This document shows, piece by piece, positions 58,045 through 64,000 of a stretch of DNA of 64,000 nucleotides (positions within the stretch are counted from its first letter, which is position 1; the number at the start of each line of letters is the position of its first letter). The notes under the pieces were generated by a model. The model was given only the letters and a program-made list of their open reading frames with translations, ran no database searches and was not told the origin of the DNA. This DNA comes from Octopus vulgaris (Eukaryota), in NCBI GenBank assembly GCA_951406725.2, contig OX597829.1, positions 5,704,001 to 5,768,000 of the forward strand. Direction: 5' to 3'. Both the position numbers and the translations under genes were made by a program.

Positions 58045-58190
58045 CGTACACACACGCACGTGTGCACACACATAAACTCATTTATAACACAAACAACTGA
58101 AGGTTACGCAAACTACCCAGGTACATCACCACACACGGGAGATTGCGCCGGTGCCTTACATGCACCACACCCCCTACAAGAACCCTACGT

Positions 58191-58545
58191 CCACCACCAC
58201 CACCACCACCACCACCACCACCACCACACCACCACCACCACCACCACCACCACCACCACCACCACCACCACCACCACCACCACTACAACCACCACCACCA
58301 CCACCACCACCACCACCACCACCACCACCACCACCACCACCACCACCACCACCACCACCACCACCACCACCACCACCACCACCACCACCACCACCACCAC
58401 CACCACCACCACCACCACCACTACAACCACCACCACCACCACCACCACCACCACCACCACCACCACCACCACCACCACCACCGGCACCACTACCGGCACC
58501 ACCACCACCACCACCACCGCCACCACCACTACCACCACCACCATC
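58191..58545. repeat. (CAC)n trinucleotide repeat
   Basis: Direct inspection. Explains the poly-H/P/T/G ORFs. Confidence 0.95.
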
Positions 58546-58878
58546 ACTATAATCTTCAGCAGCAGCAGTATCAACATCATCATAATCCTCCTCCCCCTCC
58601 TCATCATCAACGTCGTCGTCGTCGTCGTCATCAACATTATGTACACACTCCCCCGATGTACACACACACACACACAAAACATTTATGGATATAAATAATT
58701 ATGCACAGAACACTAAGATACATAAACACATTCACGCACATCATGTGTGTATATATATATATATATACACGCACATCTTGTGTATATATATATATATATA
58801 TTTGTTATATTTGTTACCAATAATACTATATTTGTTCCACATCTTCGCGTTGTTGTTTATTTGTGCTTTCTTGTTTGG

Positions 58879-58928
<50 letters not shown>

Positions 58929-58950
58929 AAGTTAATCCAAGCAAGAAAGC

Positions 58951-58984
<34 letters not shown>

Positions 58985-59373
58985 ATACGTAGATATAAAT
59001 GCAAACTTATATACCTGTATTCACACACACACACAGACACACGCGCATAATTTCGTTTATTAGTAAGGTTCATATCTTACACACACACACACACACACAC
59101 AGACACACACAGACACAGACACAGACACACAGACAGAGCTCCTCGGCGAGGAGGCTTCGTATCGTCTCCACTAGCAGCGTAGTAAAGCGCAAAAGGAGCA
59201 GCTGACTGCGTCTCTTATATGCCATAGTCTTTCACTTTACTCCTCCCCTCTGCCACAATTACTTCAATACGTAACGTCAAAATGGGAGTAGCCAAGTTTT
59301 CCTATACTTTGCATTCACCGTATTCTCTTAGCCTCTTACTTCTCCTCTTTCGCCTCCTTATTTCAAATACAAC

Positions 59374-59429
<56 letters not shown>

Positions 59430-59526
59430 TCACACTTACACAGCTACACATACACATACATAAGCTGACACATCTATAACGCACATCCCTATGTATCTGA
59501 GTGTGTACGTATGTGAAATATGTGTT

Positions 59527-59561
<35 letters not shown>

Positions 59562-59945
59562 AATATGTATGTATACACACACGTATATATATATATATAT
59601 ATATATACACACGCACACGCACACATGTGTAAGCACACACGCACATATAAACACTTATACGCACACGAATGTATCTGTGTGTTATACAACAGTCACTGCT
59701 TCTACAGCCTCCTCCTGCTCCTCCTCGTCGTCCTCCTAATTTCTCCCCCCCTCTTGCTCCTCTCCTGATCCCCCTCCTCCTCCTCCTCCCCCTCCTCCTT
59801 CTCCTCCTCCCTTCTACATCAGTCTAACACAAGTAACAGAAGAGGTGGAGTAGCCAGCCAACCTTTTTTTTGTATTTTTACACACCCATTCTTTTTCTTT
59901 TGATATCTCCCCTCCCTCCCTCCTGCCTCTCTGCCTCTCTGTCTC

Positions 59946-59976
<31 letters not shown>

Positions 59977-60662
59977 GTCCGTCTGTTCTCTCTCACTGTT
60001 CTTGAGCTTCCCTCTTCTGTTTCGTTCACAATTTCAATAGGCCACTTCTGTTTCTCTCTCTCTCTCTCTCTCTCTTCCTCTCACTCGTTTTCTATCTCTC
60101 TTTCACTCTCTCTCTCTCTCTCTCTCACACACACATACACATACACAAACACTGTTACAAACAAACACACACGCACACACGCTCTCATTTACACACACCA
60201 TCTTCCTCTGTAGTCTGATCTCTGTCTGTCTGTCTCTCTCACTCCTGACCTCTCCCCTTCTCTCTCTATCTTTCTCTTTTTTCTCTCTCTCTCTTGGTCG
60301 GCTCTCTTTCTCTTCTTTCGCATGATTATCTCTCTCTCTCTCTCTCACTCTCTCACTCACTCACTCTCTCTCTCTCTCTCTCACTCACTCACTCAAATGT
60401 GCTTTCTTCCTACTTCCATTTCTCCCCCTTTCGTTATACTTCAGTAAAACGGCAAAAATGTTGATGGAGAAGGGGGAGGAGAAGTGAACTGCCTCTTTCT
60501 CACCTTGTTGTTCATTTACTCTCTGCTTCCCTCTCCCTCTACCGTTCCCTCATTCACTCAATCACAAACACATTCACACACACACACACACACACCAAAC
60601 GTTCTCTCCTCCCCCCACCTCTCTCTCTCTCTCTCTCTTCGTTTGTTTTTCCTCCGCCTCTT

Positions 60663-60700
60663 CTATTAACAGAGACGCAAGGCAGTCAGTCAGTCAGTCA
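60663..60700 (+). promoter_or_regulatory. Candidate Otx core promoter (TATA-like plus initiator repeats)
   Basis: CTATTAAC at 60663-60670, followed ~25-32 nt later by overlapping TCAGT initiator-like motifs (CAGTCAGTCAGTCAGTCA). About 490 bp upstream of the ATG. Confidence 0.4.
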
Positions 60701-60899
60701 TCCAGCAGTCAATCACACACGTACACAAAAACATACAGACACAGATATATATACATACGAATATACATTCAAACATACATACATACATACATATATATTT
60801 ACATATATGTACATACACTCACTAACTATATTTGATCACTTACACACAGACACACTCACCATACACTCACACACAGTTAACTAACATACACAAGCACAT

Positions 60900-60931
<32 letters not shown>

Positions 60932-61184
60932 GCAAATATACACACATATAAAGACACACTCGCTCTCACAAACTCGTACACATACATACGCACAGGCACA
61001 TTGGTACACATAGGTGTACACACACATACACACGTGTGCAAGTCCACAGACACCTCGTCCGCGTCGTGGAAAACCACCAACCCTAGTTCAGTCGATTCTT
61101 GTCAGCCCAGAGGACTGGTTTTCGAAAACAACCCTCTCTCTGTTGTTGTTGTTGTTATTGTGGTGTCTGTCTGTGCGTCTACCC

Positions 61185-61308
61185 ATGGCAAGCATGGCGT
61201 ACCCTAGCGTATCGGCGGCTACGTCCAAGGCTCCCCCCTACACGGTGAACGGACTTAGCCTATCTTCTCCAAATGTCGACATATTACATCCCGCAATGGG
61301 GTACCAAG
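61185..61308 (+). CDS. Otx: Otx/orthodenticle homeobox transcription factor, first coding exon (partial gene)
   Basis: ACCC-ATG-G start; MASMAYPSVSAATSKAPPYTVNGLSLSSPNVDILHPAMGYQ resembles the vertebrate OTX2 N-terminus as I recall it ([32 protein letters not shown]). Ends CAAG|GTAAGT in phase 1 at the equivalent position. The homeobox is not in the window. Confidence 0.88.
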
Positions 61309-61495
61309 GTAAGTGGTGATTTATCACATCGAATTTTTCAGATTAATTTTTACTGTCCCTTTCTTTACGGGTTGGGGACAGATCTTTATATTCTAACATG
61401 AAATATGTTGCCATTTCTCATTTGTGTTTTCTTTTTATCAACTTGTAACTAAAATATGTAAATTATACACACACACGGACACACACATATACATG

Positions 61496-61546
<51 letters not shown>

Positions 61547-61638
61547 ATATACATATATGTATATATATATATATATGTATATATCTCTATACACACACAC
61601 ACACACACACAAACACACATACACAAACACACACACAC

Positions 61639-61714
<76 letters not shown>

Positions 61715-62316
61715 GCACATTAATATATATATATATATATATATATGTATTGTACGCATTTCTACACATACATACACGTATGTATAAGTATATATTATTT
61801 AAATTTCCATGTTTTTACTAGTTTCAGTAGTTGAACTGCGGCCATGCTGTGGCATTACATATACGTATATGTGTGTGTATGTGTATACAGAGAACCTATA
61901 TATATTGAAATCTTTTTGCAAAAGTGTGATAGTTCAAATACACACACACAAACACACACACACACGCACAGACTCATACACACACACATACACACACATA
62001 CACACACACACACACTCTCACACACACATATATATATATATATATATTTATGTATATTAGCGTATATACATATATACAGACATACATATATACATGGATA
62101 TATCCACCCCCGCACATACAAATCAAATAAATGGCAAATTGAATTATTTATTTATACCACATGTAATTACGTTATCTGTGTTTTATTCATCGACTTAGAA
62201 TTACCTGTCAGTATGCACACACACATATATACACACGCACAAACATACACTCACGCACATATAGGCATACAGTTACATTACTGCTTACATACACATATAT
62301 ATATATATGTATATAC

Positions 62317-62377
<61 letters not shown>

Positions 62378-62602
62378 GATATCTACATACATACACATAC
62401 ATTTACATATATATATATATATGTATATACGTATATATACTTTATTTTAAGCAGCAGAAAATTCAACAAAATCTGTTACTCTGAGTTTCTCGTTGCCGTT
62501 CATCAGACAGTTTTTGCTAGAATGGAACATATATATTAATTCCATGTATATATATATATGTATATATATACATATAGATATCTACATACATACACATACA
62601 TT

Positions 62603-62646
<44 letters not shown>

Positions 62647-62716
62647 GATATCTACATACATACACACACATATATATATATATACATATATATATCTACA
62701 TAAATGCACATACATT

Positions 62717-62777
<61 letters not shown>

Positions 62778-63512
62778 GTATGTATGTAGATATCTATATA
62801 TGCCTTGAGTGTATGCGTTTGTAAACATAAACACAAAAGCACAATGAAACGTATACATATATATGTACATATACGTACGTTTATACACACGTATACACAC
62901 ACACTCACACATATACATACATACTCACACATAAACTATCAGTGTGTTTATGCATGTATATACATATGTGTGTGCGTGTATGTTTTTTTTGTGTATGTGC
63001 AAGTTAAAATATACGCATGGAGAGGAACACATATAAGTACAATATACACAATGACTACATGAACACGTATATACACACCTAATACTGAGTGTTACACACT
63101 CCTTGCTAATTTTTAAACGGGTGTATTTTAAAGGTAGTCAGATGGCTTTGAAATTGTACAATTAGTAAAGAAGGCAGTGCTCTGGGCTCACCTGACATAC
63201 CTATAATTTAGTAGATACGCATCTATCTTCTTCTATCTTTGGCACTATTTCTCTCTATCCCCCCCTCTCTCTCTCTCTCTCTGTCTATCTACTTTAGTAT
63301 TGTAATTTAGTTGCGGAACAGTTTGCATTCGATGGATCTGTGACGAAACGCTTTCCATCCGTGACCATTGCATCGTTCTGTACGCTTAGGAATTACAATA
63401 AGTGAGGACGTACGTTTAAGATGAAATTTAAGTGAAATTTTACTGAAATTTTCTAACACGTCATGCGACTGTGTTGTAGATCCCTCGTTTACTGTGTAGT
63501 ATGTATGTATAT

Positions 63513-63623
<111 letters not shown>

Positions 63624-63649
63624 CATATACACCTATATATATATATATG

Positions 63650-63682
<33 letters not shown>

Positions 63683-64000
63683 CATATGTATATATACATA
63701 TATGTATATATGTATATATGTGTATAAATGTGTGTGTGCGCGAGCGTGTGCGTAAAGGAGAGTGGCTTCCTTATGTCCGTCGTTTAACAAGTGCTACTGG
63801 AGCAATTGTTTGACAGACCGCTTCATCTTCGTTGGTACAAATACCAACAGAGCTGTCCGCTTTAAGATAAACATACGTACACAGAGATGTGACGTGCTTA
63901 TAAATTCATACATTTGCAGTTAGAAAACACAGGCTCACACACACACACGGCAGATAGTTATATGGTTATATGTATGTACATATATATGTGCGAGTGTATA

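Noticed and set aside
61014-61184. 5' extension of the ORF containing the Otx exon
   Set aside because: Starts at a non-ATG codon in CA-repeat DNA and includes (GTT)n. Homology begins only after the ATG at 61185, so this is treated as 5' UTR.

Overview
AT-rich, microsatellite-saturated eukaryotic DNA, most consistent with an octopus (coleoid cephalopod) genome. The organism is inferred from the tRNA-derived SINE families and simple-repeat density, not proven. The only host coding exon I can support is the first coding exon of an Otx/orthodenticle homeobox gene (61185-61308, +), ending at a phase-1 GTAAGT donor; the homeobox exons lie beyond the window. The ~61 kb upstream is a gene desert filled with decayed mobile DNA: at least four Penelope-like elements (PLEs) plus a weak fifth, three L1/Tx1-clade LINEs with two 3'-tail-only copies, R4/Dong-type, CR1 and RTE-like LINE fragments, Tc1 and maT transposase relics, non-autonomous Helitrons (one head-to-tail dimer) and several SINE families. 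Most ORFs in the supplied track are microsatellite artefacts. Main observations: (1) two related Tx1 families appear to insert into different microsatellites, (TATC)n and (TAT)n; (2) one SINE family carries a 3' tail matching those Tx1 tails; (3) about ten minimal hammerhead-ribozyme motifs, three with intact cores, sit in PLE termini and in short ORF-less foldback or direct-repeat elements flanked by (TA)n; (4) there are scattered relics of a possible degraded minus-strand gene and candidate Otx regulatory islands. All alignments were done by eye, so element boundaries are approximate unless termini are quoted.
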